This document shows positions 26,193 to 36,825 of a stretch of 64,000 nucleotides of DNA, one piece after another. The position numbers and the translations under genes are program-made. The notes below the pieces were generated by a model, which ran no database searches, was not told where the DNA came from, and worked only from the letters and a program-made list of their open reading frames with translations. How positions within the stretch are numbered: the first letter of the stretch is position 1; every line of letters begins with the position of its first letter. The DNA comes from Minisyncoccota bacterium (GTDB taxonomy: Bacteria > Patescibacteriota > Minisyncoccia > Phycocordibacterales > JAQTLZ01), in contig JAQTLZ010000002.1 in assembly GCA_028714635.1 (NCBI GenBank), positions 9,362 through 73,361 of the forward strand. The letters run 5' to 3'.

Positions 26193-27758
26193 ATGAGTTT
26201 TGCCAAGGTCTACAGCGCTCAAACAACTCTCCTCGACGCGCAGATCATAACGATCGAAGTGGATCTCTCAAAAGGACTCCACTCTTTTTCTATAGTGGGC
26301 CTCCCCGACAAAGGAATTGAAGAATCCCGCGATCGAGTGGGAGCGGCGATAAAAAATTCCGGTTTCAAATCTCCGAAAAATAAAAACCAAAAGGTGGTGG
26401 TCTCGCTCGCGCCGGCAGACGTGAAAAAAGAAGGACCGCTTTTTGATCTGCCGATCGCACTCGCATACCTTCTTGCATCTGGAGACATTTCATTCAACCC
26501 GGGAAAGAAAATTTTTCTTGGCGAACTTTCTTTGGATGGGGAGCTCCGGAGCGTAAAAGGAATTCTGCCTCTTACACAAAAAGCAAAACAAAAAGGATTC
26601 GAAGAAATATACGTGCCCATAGAAAATGCCCGGGAAGCGGCGCTTATTGAAGGTATTCGAATATTCGGAGCAAAAAGTTTAAAAGAAATTATCGGCCACG
26701 TTCAGGAAGGAAAGAGTAAAGACCGAGAGGATTCGGTGATCGAAATCCGGAAAATTCCAGAAACTTCCAAAACAGAACTTCTTCATAAAATTCCCAAAGA
26801 TTTCAACGATTTTGCCGACATAAAAGGCCAAGAAGGAGCGAAAAGAGGGCTCGAGATTGCTGCAGCTGGAAGACACAATATCGCAATGTGGGGACCGCCG
26901 GGAACAGGAAAGACAATGCTCGCCGAAGCACTCATTCACATCTTGCCTCCTCTTTCATTTGAAGAAGCTCTTGAAACCACGGCAATCCACTCTGTGGCGG
27001 GAGCACTTCGCGGCGACCTCGTTACCAATCCTCCCTTCAGAAGTCCGCATCACACTTCATCCTATGTCTCGCTCATCGGCGGAGGCGTAACTCCTAAACC
27101 AGGAGAAGCAACGCTTGCGCACCGAGGAGTGCTTTTCTTAGACGAATTTCCAGAGTTTGATAGACGAGTGATTAATTCCTTGCGACAACCGCTCGAAGAA
27201 AGAGAAATTTCCATCTCCCGTGCAAAAGGTTCCGCCACATTTCCGGCGAATTTTATTTTGATTGCCGCAATGAATCCATGTCCCTGCGGAAATTGGGGAG
27301 TGAAAGGAAAAGAATGCGTTTGCTCGCCGATCACTATTTCACGATACCAAAGAAAAATCGGAGGCCCTGTGATGGATCGAATTGATATGTGGGTTGAAGT
27401 TTCAAAAGTAGATTACGGAAAACTCGGGAGTGAGCGGGAAGAAAAAAGCGAGACGGAAAGCGTGAAAAAACGAGTGGAGAGAGCGCGGGAAATTCAGAAA
27501 AGGCGATTTGAAAAAATAGGACGCGCTGGAAGTACTAACAGCGAGATAAAAGCGAGAGACCTCGCAAAAATAATTGTCCTCGAGCAAAAAGTGAAAGAAC
27601 TTCTCAATGCTTCAGCCCAAAAACTCGACCTGTCAGCAAGGGGGTACCACCGAGTACTGAAACTGTCGCGCACAATCGCAGATCTCGATGAAAGCGAGAG
27701 CGTAAAAGAGAAGCATATTCTCGAAGCTCTTCAGTACCGGCCGAAGAAACTGATCTAG
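26193..27758 (+). CDS. comM: YifB/ComM Mg-chelatase-like AAA+ helicase
   Basis: IVGLPD..ESRDRV, GPPGTGKT, LAHRGVLFLDE, AAMNPCPCG, LSARGYHRVLK. Confidence 0.93.
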   Translation: MSFAKVYSAQTTLLDAQIITIEVDLSKGLHSFSIVGLPDKGIEESRDRVGAAIKNSGFKSPKNKNQKVVVSLAPADVKKEGPLFDLPIALAYLLASGDISFNPGKKIFLGELSLDGELRSVKGILPLTQKAKQKGFEEIYVPIENAREAALIEGIRIFGAKSLKEIIGHVQEGKSKDREDSVIEIRKIPETSKTELLHKIPKDFNDFADIKGQEGAKRGLEIAAAGRHNIAMWGPPGTGKTMLAEALIHILPPLSFEEALETTAIHSVAGALRGDLVTNPPFRSPHHTSSYVSLIGGGVTPKPGEATLAHRGVLFLDEFPEFDRRVINSLRQPLEEREISISRAKGSATFPANFILIAAMNPCPCGNWGVKGKECVCSPITISRYQRKIGGPVMDRIDMWVEVSKVDYGKLGSEREEKSETESVKKRVERAREIQKRRFEKIGRAGSTNSEIKARDLAKIIVLEQKVKELLNASAQKLDLSARGYHRVLKLSRTIADLDESESVKEKHILEALQYRPKKLI

Positions 27759-27760
27759 AA

Positions 27761-28867
27761 TCAATAGTCTGCTTCTTGATTGTACCCTCCGCGAACTTCA
27801 TAGTGGAGATGCGGTCCGGTCGTTTTGCCAGTGAGCCCAGTAAGAGCGATCTCTTCTCCCTGCTCAACCCGTTGTCCGACCTTCACCAAATTTTTACTCA
27901 AATGCGCGTACAAAGTTTCAGTTCCATTTGAATGTTTTATGGCAACGTACTGGCCATATCCTCCGTTCCATCCGTACGTTTTACTAATAATAACAGTGCC
28001 TGCAGCTGTTGCGCGGACTGGAGTACCGATTGGAGTGCCAATATCAACAGCGTTATACCCATGAAGTCCCTGCGTCTTGTGTCCACCGATAATCGGATGA
28101 ATATAATACCCTGCATATTTCGGACCGCTGTAACCTTTCACGATCCTCGAAGTTCCGGATTTAGGTTTGGAAACTGGCGCAGGAGTGTCTATTTCTCCGT
28201 CAGGAATGATAATTTCGGCGCCAACAAGAAGAGTTCCGTCTTGAGGCAAATCATTGAATTGAATGATTTCTGTTTCATCTCCATTAAACTTTTTTGCAAC
28301 AGTTTTTAGAGTATCTCCTTCTTTTATGGCATAAGTAACTCCGGAAACGGGCAATATGACCAGCGTCTCTCCTGGGATAATCTTTCCACCTTTAATATCA
28401 TTGGCCCAAACAATAGTATTCACTGAAACATCAAACATCTTGGCGATGGCTGGTAAAGTATCACCCTCTCGCACTATATATGTGCTGATTTGATCTGATT
28501 GCGACCCTTCGATATCAGCAATGCTCCCAGAAGGCCCCGTTTCGGGCAAAAGAGAGTCTTTTTCAACGCTAATATCACCAGTGCTTCTCATGGAATCAAG
28601 CCCCGCAGAGACAGAAGCTTGAAGAAGGGGCATATTTTGGGAGTTTACCGGTGTATCGGGGGTCTCTGCCTGGGTATCTGTGCCGAAAACACTCGATAAA
28701 GCTGACAAGAAGCTGGCTTTTGCTTCATTTGGTGAGGCTATAATGACACAAATACAAACAGCAACTGGGATAAAAATACCCAAAAAGACCGAACGTATGA
28801 CCTGATTCTTTAATTTTCGAGCAAGAAAAGAAAAAAGAGAATCGGGATGTGTGTTTCTTTGCTTCAA
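27761..28867 (-). CDS. LysM + M23 peptidase
   Basis: Two LysM repeats (YIVREGDTL, YAIKEGDTL); HGYNAVD, YAHL, GPHLHYE. Confidence 0.92.
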   Translation of the reverse strand: MKQRNTHPDSLFSFLARKLKNQVIRSVFLGIFIPVAVCICVIIASPNEAKASFLSALSSVFGTDTQAETPDTPVNSQNMPLLQASVSAGLDSMRSTGDISVEKDSLLPETGPSGSIADIEGSQSDQISTYIVREGDTLPAIAKMFDVSVNTIVWANDIKGGKIIPGETLVILPVSGVTYAIKEGDTLKTVAKKFNGDETEIIQFNDLPQDGTLLVGAEIIIPDGEIDTPAPVSKPKSGTSRIVKGYSGPKYAGYYIHPIIGGHKTQGLHGYNAVDIGTPIGTPVRATAAGTVIISKTYGWNGGYGQYVAIKHSNGTETLYAHLSKNLVKVGQRVEQGEEIALTGLTGKTTGPHLHYEVRGGYNQEADY

Positions 28868-29164
28868 ATAGTTTCTTTTACCTACTTTCCCGAAGGAAAG
28901 CTGTGCATATTCTTTACAGAAAATGGCTTCACAGAGCCATATAACAGCGAATCACTCATTTATGCACCTCCCAAGTATACTAAGTAGGAAGTTCGGGTCA
29001 ATACCATCTGTGGATAGACATTACACGAGAAAAATGGTGGAAAAAATTGGCAAAAAGAGCAATTTTTTCGAAGAATTTCTTCTCCGTGATATACCCCGTG
29101 AGATATCAGGCACATGTTTATGTAAAAATTTGGGATTAATTATCTCATGGGGTATAGTGTCGGG

Positions 29165-31105
29165 ATGGATTTATTTCAAGGCCTCAATCAGAAGCAAAAA
29201 GAATCAGTTCTTTCTGTAGACGGACCACTTCTCATCCTCGCCGGAGCCGGCGCAGGCAAGACAAAGACCATCACTCACCGAATTTTATACCTCATAGCTG
29301 AAAAAGGGGTGCGACCGGAAGAAATTTTGGCGATAACTTTCACTAACAAGGCTGCTCGGGAGATGCGGGACAGGGTAGAAGCACTTCTTCGCAGTCACAA
29401 CATCACCAAAAGCCATGGGACGATGCCATTTGTTTCTACTTTTCACTCGCTTGGAGTCTCAATTATAAAAGAAAACGCAACACTTCTCGGTTTGCCAAAG
29501 TTTTTCAGCATTTTTGACAAAGGAGACGGAAAACGAGCGGTCAAAGAGGCGATGGAGAAGAGTAACGTGAATTCCTTGGTCATGGAACCAGGGAAAATTC
29601 AGGGAGTGATCTCAAAAGAGAAAGGAAAGATGAAAACCGCGAGCGCGTACGCGGAATCGGTAGGAAATGAATATTTCCCGAGAATTGTCTCATCTGTATG
29701 GAATGAATACGAAAAAATTCTGGCTCGAGAAAAGGCACTCGACTTCGATGACTTAATTCTCGTGAGTACAAAACTTCTCAAAGAGAACAAAGAAGTGCGG
29801 GAAAAGTATCAAAATCGTTTTTCATACGTTCACATTGATGAATACCAAGACACCAACACCGTTCAGTACCAAATGTCACGCCTCATCACGGGAGAAAAGA
29901 AAAATATCTGCGTTGTTGGAGATATTGATCAAAATATTTACACTTGGCGTGGGGCGAATATCCAAAACATCTTGAATTTTGAAAAAGATTACCCAAACGC
30001 GAAAATAATCCTCCTCGAAGAAAATTATCGATCAACCCAGACGATTCTTTCTGCAGCGAACCAGATCATTGCTAAAAACGAGATCCGCAAAGAGAAAAAT
30101 CTGTTCACCAAAAACGAGGAGGGTGAAAGAATAACGGTCTACCAAAGCTACGACGAAAGCGACGAGGCAAGTTTCATTGCCAGCGAATGCAAAAAACTTA
30201 TTGAAAATGGTGTTGACCCGAAAGAGATCGCAGTTTTGTACCGGGCAAATTTTCAATCACGAGCGTTGGAGGAAATCTTTCTTGCGCTTAATGTCTCATA
30301 TCAGCTTCTGGGTACGAGATTTTTTGAACGAAAAGAAGTGAAAGATACGCTCTCATATTTACGTTACGCTTTCAATCCCGAAAGCCTTTCGGATCTTGCG
30401 AGAGTTTTAAATACTCCGCCCCGGGGAATTGGAAAAGTTACCCTCGCTAAAATTTTTGAAGGGAAAGAAAACGAGCTTTCTGAAGTGATGAAACGAAAAA
30501 TGCAGGATTTCCGGGAACTTATCGCGGAAATAAAATCAGCTGGTGAGACACTCAAACCAAGCAATGCCATTAAACTTGTTATCCAAAAAAGCGGGCTCGA
30601 AGAATATTTGAAAAAAGATACAGCAGAGGGAGAGGAACGACTTGAAAACTTGAGGGAACTCGTGAGCCTCGCGACCAAGTATGATAATTTGGCGCCGGGA
30701 CAGGGCATGGAAAAACTTCTTGAGGAAGCGTCGCTTGCGAGCGATCAAGATTCTTTGACGGAAGAAAAAACTGGCGTAAAGCTTATGACTGTCCATTCTG
30801 CGAAAGGGCTCGAATTCGAATATGTGTTTATTTGCGGACTTGAACAAGATCTGTTCCCTCATAAAAAGCTCGATGAAGAAAGCGTAACAAGGGAAGAAGC
30901 GGAGGAGGAAAGACGGCTTTTTTACGTTGCATTGACCAGAGCAAAGAAAAAAGTGTATCTTACTCACGCTTCGATCCGAACTATTTTCGGAGGGAAAAAT
31001 GTCTGTATTCCTTCGGAATTCATCACTGACATTGACGAAGGGCTTATAAACGAAATTGGAGCCGAACGCGAGAAGGGAAGAGTAAAAACAATTTATCTGG
31101 ATTAA
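29165..31105 (+). CDS. pcrA: UvrD/PcrA DNA helicase
   Basis: AGAGAGKT, DEYQDTN, EENYRST, LMTVHSAKGLEF, EERRLFYVALTRA. Confidence 0.95.
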   Translation: MDLFQGLNQKQKESVLSVDGPLLILAGAGAGKTKTITHRILYLIAEKGVRPEEILAITFTNKAAREMRDRVEALLRSHNITKSHGTMPFVSTFHSLGVSIIKENATLLGLPKFFSIFDKGDGKRAVKEAMEKSNVNSLVMEPGKIQGVISKEKGKMKTASAYAESVGNEYFPRIVSSVWNEYEKILAREKALDFDDLILVSTKLLKENKEVREKYQNRFSYVHIDEYQDTNTVQYQMSRLITGEKKNICVVGDIDQNIYTWRGANIQNILNFEKDYPNAKIILLEENYRSTQTILSAANQIIAKNEIRKEKNLFTKNEEGERITVYQSYDESDEASFIASECKKLIENGVDPKEIAVLYRANFQSRALEEIFLALNVSYQLLGTRFFERKEVKDTLSYLRYAFNPESLSDLARVLNTPPRGIGKVTLAKIFEGKENELSEVMKRKMQDFRELIAEIKSAGETLKPSNAIKLVIQKSGLEEYLKKDTAEGEERLENLRELVSLATKYDNLAPGQGMEKLLEEASLASDQDSLTEEKTGVKLMTVHSAKGLEFEYVFICGLEQDLFPHKKLDEESVTREEAEEERRLFYVALTRAKKKVYLTHASIRTIFGGKNVCIPSEFITDIDEGLINEIGAEREKGRVKTIYLD

Positions 31106-31106
31106 T

Positions 31107-31934
31107 ATGGAAGCGAAAAAATCACTCGGACAAAACTTTTTAAATTCAAAGCCCGCGCTCGAAAAGATCGTAACGGCTGCAAAACTCTCCCATGAAGACA
31201 TAGTTCTTGAAGTGGGCCCGGGAAAAGGAACTCTGACTGAACTTCTTCTTGAAAAGGCGGGAAAAGTTATCGCTGTCGAGAAAGACGACAGACTGATTCC
31301 GTTTTTGGAGGAAAAATTCCAGCGTGAAATTGCCTCGGGCAATTTCACGCTTGTTCACGGCGACATTCTGAATTTCGAGCCCTCTTCCTACAAGCTACAA
31401 GTTAATTCCTACAAGCTCGTCGCAAACATTCCCTACTACATCACAGGCATTTTTATAAGAAAATTTCTTTCGGAAGTGACCCAGCCAAGTACAATGATCC
31501 TCATGCTACAAAAAGAAGTCGCAGAAAGAATCGTCGCGCGAGATGGCAAAGAAAGCATTCTCTCAATGAGTGTGAAAGCCTACGGCACCCCCAAAATAAT
31601 CGGCATCGTAAAAGCGGGGAGCTTCACTCCTTCCCCAGCTGTTGATTCAGCCATTCTCGCGATTGAAAACATTTCAAAAGATTTTTTCCGCGGAATAAGC
31701 GAAGAAACTTTTTTCGATCTTTTAAAAGCAGGATTTGGAAGCAAACGAAAACAGCTTCAAAATAATTTGCGGACAAACAAAAATATCTCCCAAGAACTCA
31801 TGCAAAATATATTTAAGAAAGTAGAAATTGGAGAAAGGGCGCGAGCAGAAGACCTCACGCTTCTTCAGTGGAAAAAACTTGTAGAAGTTATGGAAGAGTC
31901 TGACCCAAAACTATTTGAGTCATTGAAAGCATAA
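31107..31934 (+). CDS. rsmA: 16S rRNA adenine dimethyltransferase
   Basis: KKSLGQNFL, LEVGPGKG, VANIPYYIT, PSPAVDS. Confidence 0.95.
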   Translation: MEAKKSLGQNFLNSKPALEKIVTAAKLSHEDIVLEVGPGKGTLTELLLEKAGKVIAVEKDDRLIPFLEEKFQREIASGNFTLVHGDILNFEPSSYKLQVNSYKLVANIPYYITGIFIRKFLSEVTQPSTMILMLQKEVAERIVARDGKESILSMSVKAYGTPKIIGIVKAGSFTPSPAVDSAILAIENISKDFFRGISEETFFDLLKAGFGSKRKQLQNNLRTNKNISQELMQNIFKKVEIGERARAEDLTLLQWKKLVEVMEESDPKLFESLKA

Positions 31935-33252
31935 GAAGCCCTCGTCCTGAAATAGTATTGCCGACAAGACACGGTGTAGAAACAGACGCCGTTCCTTTCA
32001 AATATCCGATAGGACGAGGAGGATTTACCAACCCATTCAAAGGATTTGATTGCCACAAATAAAGCCCAGGAGTCGGCGAACCTATTTTAACCAAAACTCC
32101 GTTATCGCAATGAGCGAGGGAAAGCACCGCTCCGCCAAAAGGCTTGCTTTCTGGGGAAGGCATAAAAATTGTCGAGGGAGGATTTGTTGTCCCTGTCCCT
32201 GAAGAAGAATTATTTTGCGAAGAGGATTGGCCAAGCTTTCCTAAAATATTTCCTAAAACTCCTCCCGCTAAATTCACAAGCATACCCTGAAGTCCCCCGA
32301 AAGCCCCAGATCCAGATGACCCAATCGATGAACCGAATGATCCAATGCCGCTCCCGCTACCAAGTCCGCAGGTTCCGCTTGTACAACTGCCAGTAGAAAG
32401 AGGGCAACTGCCTCCAGAGCAGGCAGAATTGGCAGGAGATTGAGAAGACATGATAAAACCGGAAGAGGTTGCTCCCATGCAAATTGGTCCTGGAGGACTC
32501 GAACCGTGAAAAAGAATGGGAAGTCCCGGTTTCCCAACAGGCTTACCACCTACTGTACAAGGCACGGGCGTGACCAAAGCCATCCCAAGAAGACATTGCC
32601 CGATTGCCACAGGAGGCCCATTCTCGTAACTTTTTGTTTTGAGCGTCCAAAGATAAAACCCCGGAGTTGGCGGACCAATTTTCACTAAAATACTTCCGTT
32701 ATCGCAACGAATCGGAGGGATGAGAATCGCTCCACCAAAAGGCCCGCCTTTGACACCGGCTGGAGAAGTAACTGGGGGCGTTGTCCCTGTCGCATCGGGT
32801 GGGGTGGTAGGAGGAGAAGTTGTCGGTGGAGTGGGGTTAGGATTACCAGTAAGAAGAGCATTCTTTCTTTCCTGAGTAGTTCCAGTTCTTCCGTCATCTG
32901 GGAAAGTCCCCTGGATGGGATCTTGTTCCCCGTAGCCATTCGGCTTTTGATTTCCAAAAGTCAGATTTTTTTCTCCCCCCGCGATAGTTATAACCTTCTG
33001 TAATTGCGCCGGTGATAAGTTATCGTGAAGATATTGCAGTTCTGCCAAATCTAGGTGTGAAAGGGCATTTTTTATACCACCAGCATTTTTATTTAGATAC
33101 GTATCAAGCGTTCCATTATTCTGCCTTTCTACCAACCCATCAATTATATTGTGAGAGGCTTCGGCTTTTTGAACAAAAGAAAAAAAGGCAAGAAAAAGCA
33201 GAAAAAAGACACATATCCGTTTCTTTTTAAATAACACTTTCATAAAAGCCAT
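31888..33252 (-). CDS. Secreted protein with two copies of a Cys-containing domain
   Basis: Signal peptide ending AEA; duplicated PFGGA...CDNG.LVKIG.PTPG.YLW; Pro/Thr and Gly/Ser/Cys linkers; start placed 7 nt after TACAAT. Confidence 0.7.
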   Translation of the reverse strand: MAFMKVLFKKKRICVFFLLFLAFFSFVQKAEASHNIIDGLVERQNNGTLDTYLNKNAGGIKNALSHLDLAELQYLHDNLSPAQLQKVITIAGGEKNLTFGNQKPNGYGEQDPIQGTFPDDGRTGTTQERKNALLTGNPNPTPPTTSPPTTPPDATGTTPPVTSPAGVKGGPFGGAILIPPIRCDNGSILVKIGPPTPGFYLWTLKTKSYENGPPVAIGQCLLGMALVTPVPCTVGGKPVGKPGLPILFHGSSPPGPICMGATSSGFIMSSQSPANSACSGGSCPLSTGSCTSGTCGLGSGSGIGSFGSSIGSSGSGAFGGLQGMLVNLAGGVLGNILGKLGQSSSQNNSSSGTGTTNPPSTIFMPSPESKPFGGAVLSLAHCDNGVLVKIGSPTPGLYLWQSNPLNGLVNPPRPIGYLKGTASVSTPCLVGNTISGRGLLMLSMTQIVLGQTLP

Positions 33253-33370
33253 TGGTCTCATTGTACCAGACAAAAAGACGAACCTGTCCACAAGCAAGAG
33301 CAGTTTTTCTTGGTACAATAAAAGCAAGAAAAGAGTCTTTGACTCGTTTCTCGTGCTATACAAACAAGCA

Positions 33371-34366
33371 ATGAACCGACCAAGCAACAAAATTATTATT
33401 CTCCTCGTAATTGCAATCCTTGTTGTTGGCGGTGCTTTCTTTTTTAAAAATTTTGACTGGACTAAAATTCGCAATCCATTCGCTTCTAAAACGGAAACTC
33501 AAAATCAAAACCTCCAAGTCCTGGCTGAAAATGAAATAAATAAAGATAGCGACCAGGACGGGCTCAAGGATTGGGAAGAAAAACTTTGGAAAACGGATCC
33601 CAGTAGTTCTGACACCGACAAAGACGGAACTTCTGACGGGGAAGAAGTGAAAGAGGGAAGAGATCCGAAATTAGCAGGACCGAATGATAAAATTTCGAAA
33701 GATGCGGCTATTCAAAAAATTATCCAAAGCTCCGAAACAGAAAATCTCAATCCAACCGAAAAACTCTCAAGAGAATTTCTTGCGCAATATTTAGGAACGA
33801 ATCCGTCAGGAGGAACTCTCACTGATGCGGAAAAAAATGCGCTCATCGGTAACTTAACAGCAGAGAGTATTACTCCATTTACCTACAAGCGTCACAGCGC
33901 ATCTGAACTCAAAGTACTTCCGGATGGAAGCGCAGAGACAATCAGAGCTTACGGAAATATTCTTGGAAAAATTATCGTTCTGAATACCAAAATAAAATTG
34001 GAAAGCGAAACGACAATACTCCAATCAGCTCTCGCGGGAGAGGACAAAGAAAAACTAAAAGAGCTCGACCCAATCATCGCTCGGTATACCACAATAGTAA
34101 GTCAGGGAATGAAAATATCCGTTCCGCCGACAGCCGCAGAACTTCATATTCATTTTATGAACGCCTTGACTGATTTGGCAGAGTCCGCGAGCAGGATGAA
34201 AGTCGTTTTTGAAGATCCTTTGACCACTTTGAAGAGTCTTTCGGCTTATTCCGAAGCAGAAACCGAGCTCACGACGTCAATCGCCGACCTTCAGGACTAT
34301 TTCTCAAAAAATGGCGTAGTTTTCAACAAAAACGAGTACGGTTATACCTTTCGTCCCACACAGTAA
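33371..34366 (+). CDS. Membrane-anchored protein with thrombospondin-3-like Ca-binding repeats
   Basis: N-terminal TM; DSDQDGLKDWEE..TDP...DTDKDGTSDGEE. Confidence 0.8.
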   Translation: MNRPSNKIIILLVIAILVVGGAFFFKNFDWTKIRNPFASKTETQNQNLQVLAENEINKDSDQDGLKDWEEKLWKTDPSSSDTDKDGTSDGEEVKEGRDPKLAGPNDKISKDAAIQKIIQSSETENLNPTEKLSREFLAQYLGTNPSGGTLTDAEKNALIGNLTAESITPFTYKRHSASELKVLPDGSAETIRAYGNILGKIIVLNTKIKLESETTILQSALAGEDKEKLKELDPIIARYTTIVSQGMKISVPPTAAELHIHFMNALTDLAESASRMKVVFEDPLTTLKSLSAYSEAETELTTSIADLQDYFSKNGVVFNKNEYGYTFRPTQ

Positions 34367-34402
34367 GCACGTATAATTAAGTATGATGGTCTTCTTTTAT
34401 TC

Positions 34403-36790
34403 ATGAGAGACTCGATCAAAAAATTTCTTGCATTTACACTCTGTTTTGGGGCAATTTTCTTTGTGACGGGTTGTCTCGTTAAAGAGGTTTATGCTGATCC
34501 AGTCATAGCGATTCCTGCTAATTTTTCTTACGTTAATGTCCCTATGTGGGACAAAGGAAAACACACACTCCCGAACGGAGTAACCTATGAGGTATACAGT
34601 GGTTGTAATCATACAAGTGATGACCTCTACGGGATCTGCGGTGGTCATAACGTTATTCGAGACCTTTCAACAGGTAAATATTATGATGTTCCTAGACTTG
34701 GAACGGCCCCAGGAAGAGAAGTAGACACCCCAGAAGGTGCACCTTCAGCTCCAATTGTTGATACGAGCAACGATGCCCCAGCGCCACCACCTCCAGAGGA
34801 CAATGGTCCAGTAGACTGTTCCAGCGGTGAATGTGTCGTGTCTCCGACAAATACGAATTCGGGTTTTTCTAATACACCTCCTAATGCGGGTTTGGTGGAT
34901 AATGCGCAACAGCAAGCTCTAGAAGCCCAAATAGCTACTGCACAAGCAGAGCAAGATCTTACAGATGCGAGTAGCAAGTTAAATTACTTTCACGACCAAT
35001 ATCCTTACATTTTTGATGCCGACGGGGGCATCCAAGCAGCCGATGTCATTCAAGCAAATGAAGACATCGCCAATTACAATAGATACAATGGGACTAATAT
35101 ACCGCCCCTTTCTGCAGAATCATACGACTCGATCAGACAGCAAGATCAAGATTTTCTGAATGAATTCACTACTGCGCGCCAGAATTATGAAGCTGCATTA
35201 GATTACCAGGCAACAGCAGAACAAAACTTCAATAGCCTTGATGATTACGCGCAACCAGATTCAGCTTCGGGATCTTCCGGCTCTGGAATAACAGCTGCTG
35301 GAGGAGTAGCGGGACTTTTGACGGGATCGACAGGAACAGCAGATCCGATCGTCCAACCAATAGTCCAGCAGGGGAATGTGGAATCAGGTAAGCAAAAGGG
35401 AACAGCGGTGCCAGTCACCAACGACATTCTCGAAAAAGCTGCAGTTGGTACACACGCAAATACAACTGCTCAAGTCAAGAAAGATTTCACCCTCGACGGC
35501 ATCGCAAAAATGATCGCTGAAAGAATGGTGCATCAGATCGCTACGAGCATCGTGCAGTGGATAAATACAGGTTTCAAAGGCGCGCCCGCATTCGTGACCG
35601 ATCTCAAAGGATTTATGGAAAAAGTCGGAGATGATGTTACAGCGACCTTTATCACCAAAAGCGGGCTCCTCCAGACACCTTACGGGCCACTCATAGCCCA
35701 AGCTATCATCGGCGCGCGTACAGGAAATTTCAACCTTCAGCCAGTGTTTACAAGCGCTCTCGCGCAGGGACAAGGAGTAGTAAATCAATTTCTTGGAGGA
35801 GATTTTTATGCCGGAGGCTTGCAAGGATTCTATGACGTTTCTCAAAATTGCAATAATTACCAATGCGCAACACTGGCAGCGATAAACAGAAACAACGTAT
35901 TAGTGCAGGAAGAAGAGCACCGCAAAGAACTCGAGTATTTGGCTGGACAAGGTTTTAAGCCAAAAACAGTGTGCGATGGAAGCAAAGGTTCTCCGTGTGA
36001 CCACCAAAGCGTCGTCACTCCCGGAAGCATTCTCCGTGAAAACCTAAATCAAGCTCTTGGAAGCGATCTTATCACTCTTGAAAATGTCCACGACATCAAT
36101 GAGATTATCGGCGCTCTTATGGGCCAGCTCATAAATATGGTGACAACCAGTTCTGGAGGCTTGAGTGGAACAAGTGCGCCAACGAGAAGCAAGGTAAATA
36201 AAAACGGAACCATTTCTCAAGTTTCGTTCCTTGCTGATTTGAATAGCGGAGTAGATATCGTCACCCTCGCTCAAGCAAAAGGGCCCACTCTTGCCTTGAT
36301 TGATGAAAATCTCACAAAAGCAAAAAATCCAAACCGATTAACCCTCTTTACCGGGGCACTCGCTAAGGTGAATGAAGCGGAAAACCTCATTGGGCAGGTG
36401 AAAATCTGTTACGAAGACAAGCTCGATCCTTCATTCGATCCGCCGCTTTCAGACAGTGATAAAAATCTTGCGGGAGGAAGAATCGACTCAGCGGATACCG
36501 TTCTTTCAACTCTCATAGCACCGGTGAAAACTGCTCTCGCACATGAAATTTCGATAGTGAATACGAAAGCAAACGCTCTGCAAAAAATCCGAAACGCTCT
36601 CACAGCAGCGACTACCGTAGCAGACGCGAACACAATAATAAATACCTACAAATCCCAATATGTAAACACCGGAAATACGCTCGAGGAAGATATCCAGTCT
36701 CTGACAGGCCAAGTTGGCACAATCGAAGGTGATGCGCAGACGCAACTGGATGAGTGTGAGGCATTGGAGGGAGTCCAGAATAATCCTTAA
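34403..36790 (+). CDS. Large secreted protein of the secretion cluster, unknown function
   Basis: Signal peptide, coiled coils, Cys pairs, WINTGF.G.PAFVTD segment. Confidence 0.75.
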   Translation: MRDSIKKFLAFTLCFGAIFFVTGCLVKEVYADPVIAIPANFSYVNVPMWDKGKHTLPNGVTYEVYSGCNHTSDDLYGICGGHNVIRDLSTGKYYDVPRLGTAPGREVDTPEGAPSAPIVDTSNDAPAPPPPEDNGPVDCSSGECVVSPTNTNSGFSNTPPNAGLVDNAQQQALEAQIATAQAEQDLTDASSKLNYFHDQYPYIFDADGGIQAADVIQANEDIANYNRYNGTNIPPLSAESYDSIRQQDQDFLNEFTTARQNYEAALDYQATAEQNFNSLDDYAQPDSASGSSGSGITAAGGVAGLLTGSTGTADPIVQPIVQQGNVESGKQKGTAVPVTNDILEKAAVGTHANTTAQVKKDFTLDGIAKMIAERMVHQIATSIVQWINTGFKGAPAFVTDLKGFMEKVGDDVTATFITKSGLLQTPYGPLIAQAIIGARTGNFNLQPVFTSALAQGQGVVNQFLGGDFYAGGLQGFYDVSQNCNNYQCATLAAINRNNVLVQEEEHRKELEYLAGQGFKPKTVCDGSKGSPCDHQSVVTPGSILRENLNQALGSDLITLENVHDINEIIGALMGQLINMVTTSSGGLSGTSAPTRSKVNKNGTISQVSFLADLNSGVDIVTLAQAKGPTLALIDENLTKAKNPNRLTLFTGALAKVNEAENLIGQVKICYEDKLDPSFDPPLSDSDKNLAGGRIDSADTVLSTLIAPVKTALAHEISIVNTKANALQKIRNALTAATTVADANTIINTYKSQYVNTGNTLEEDIQSLTGQVGTIEGDAQTQLDECEALEGVQNNP

Positions 36791-36825
36791 CGTATAATAG
36801 AGAAGAATCGATTAAAATTTATCAA

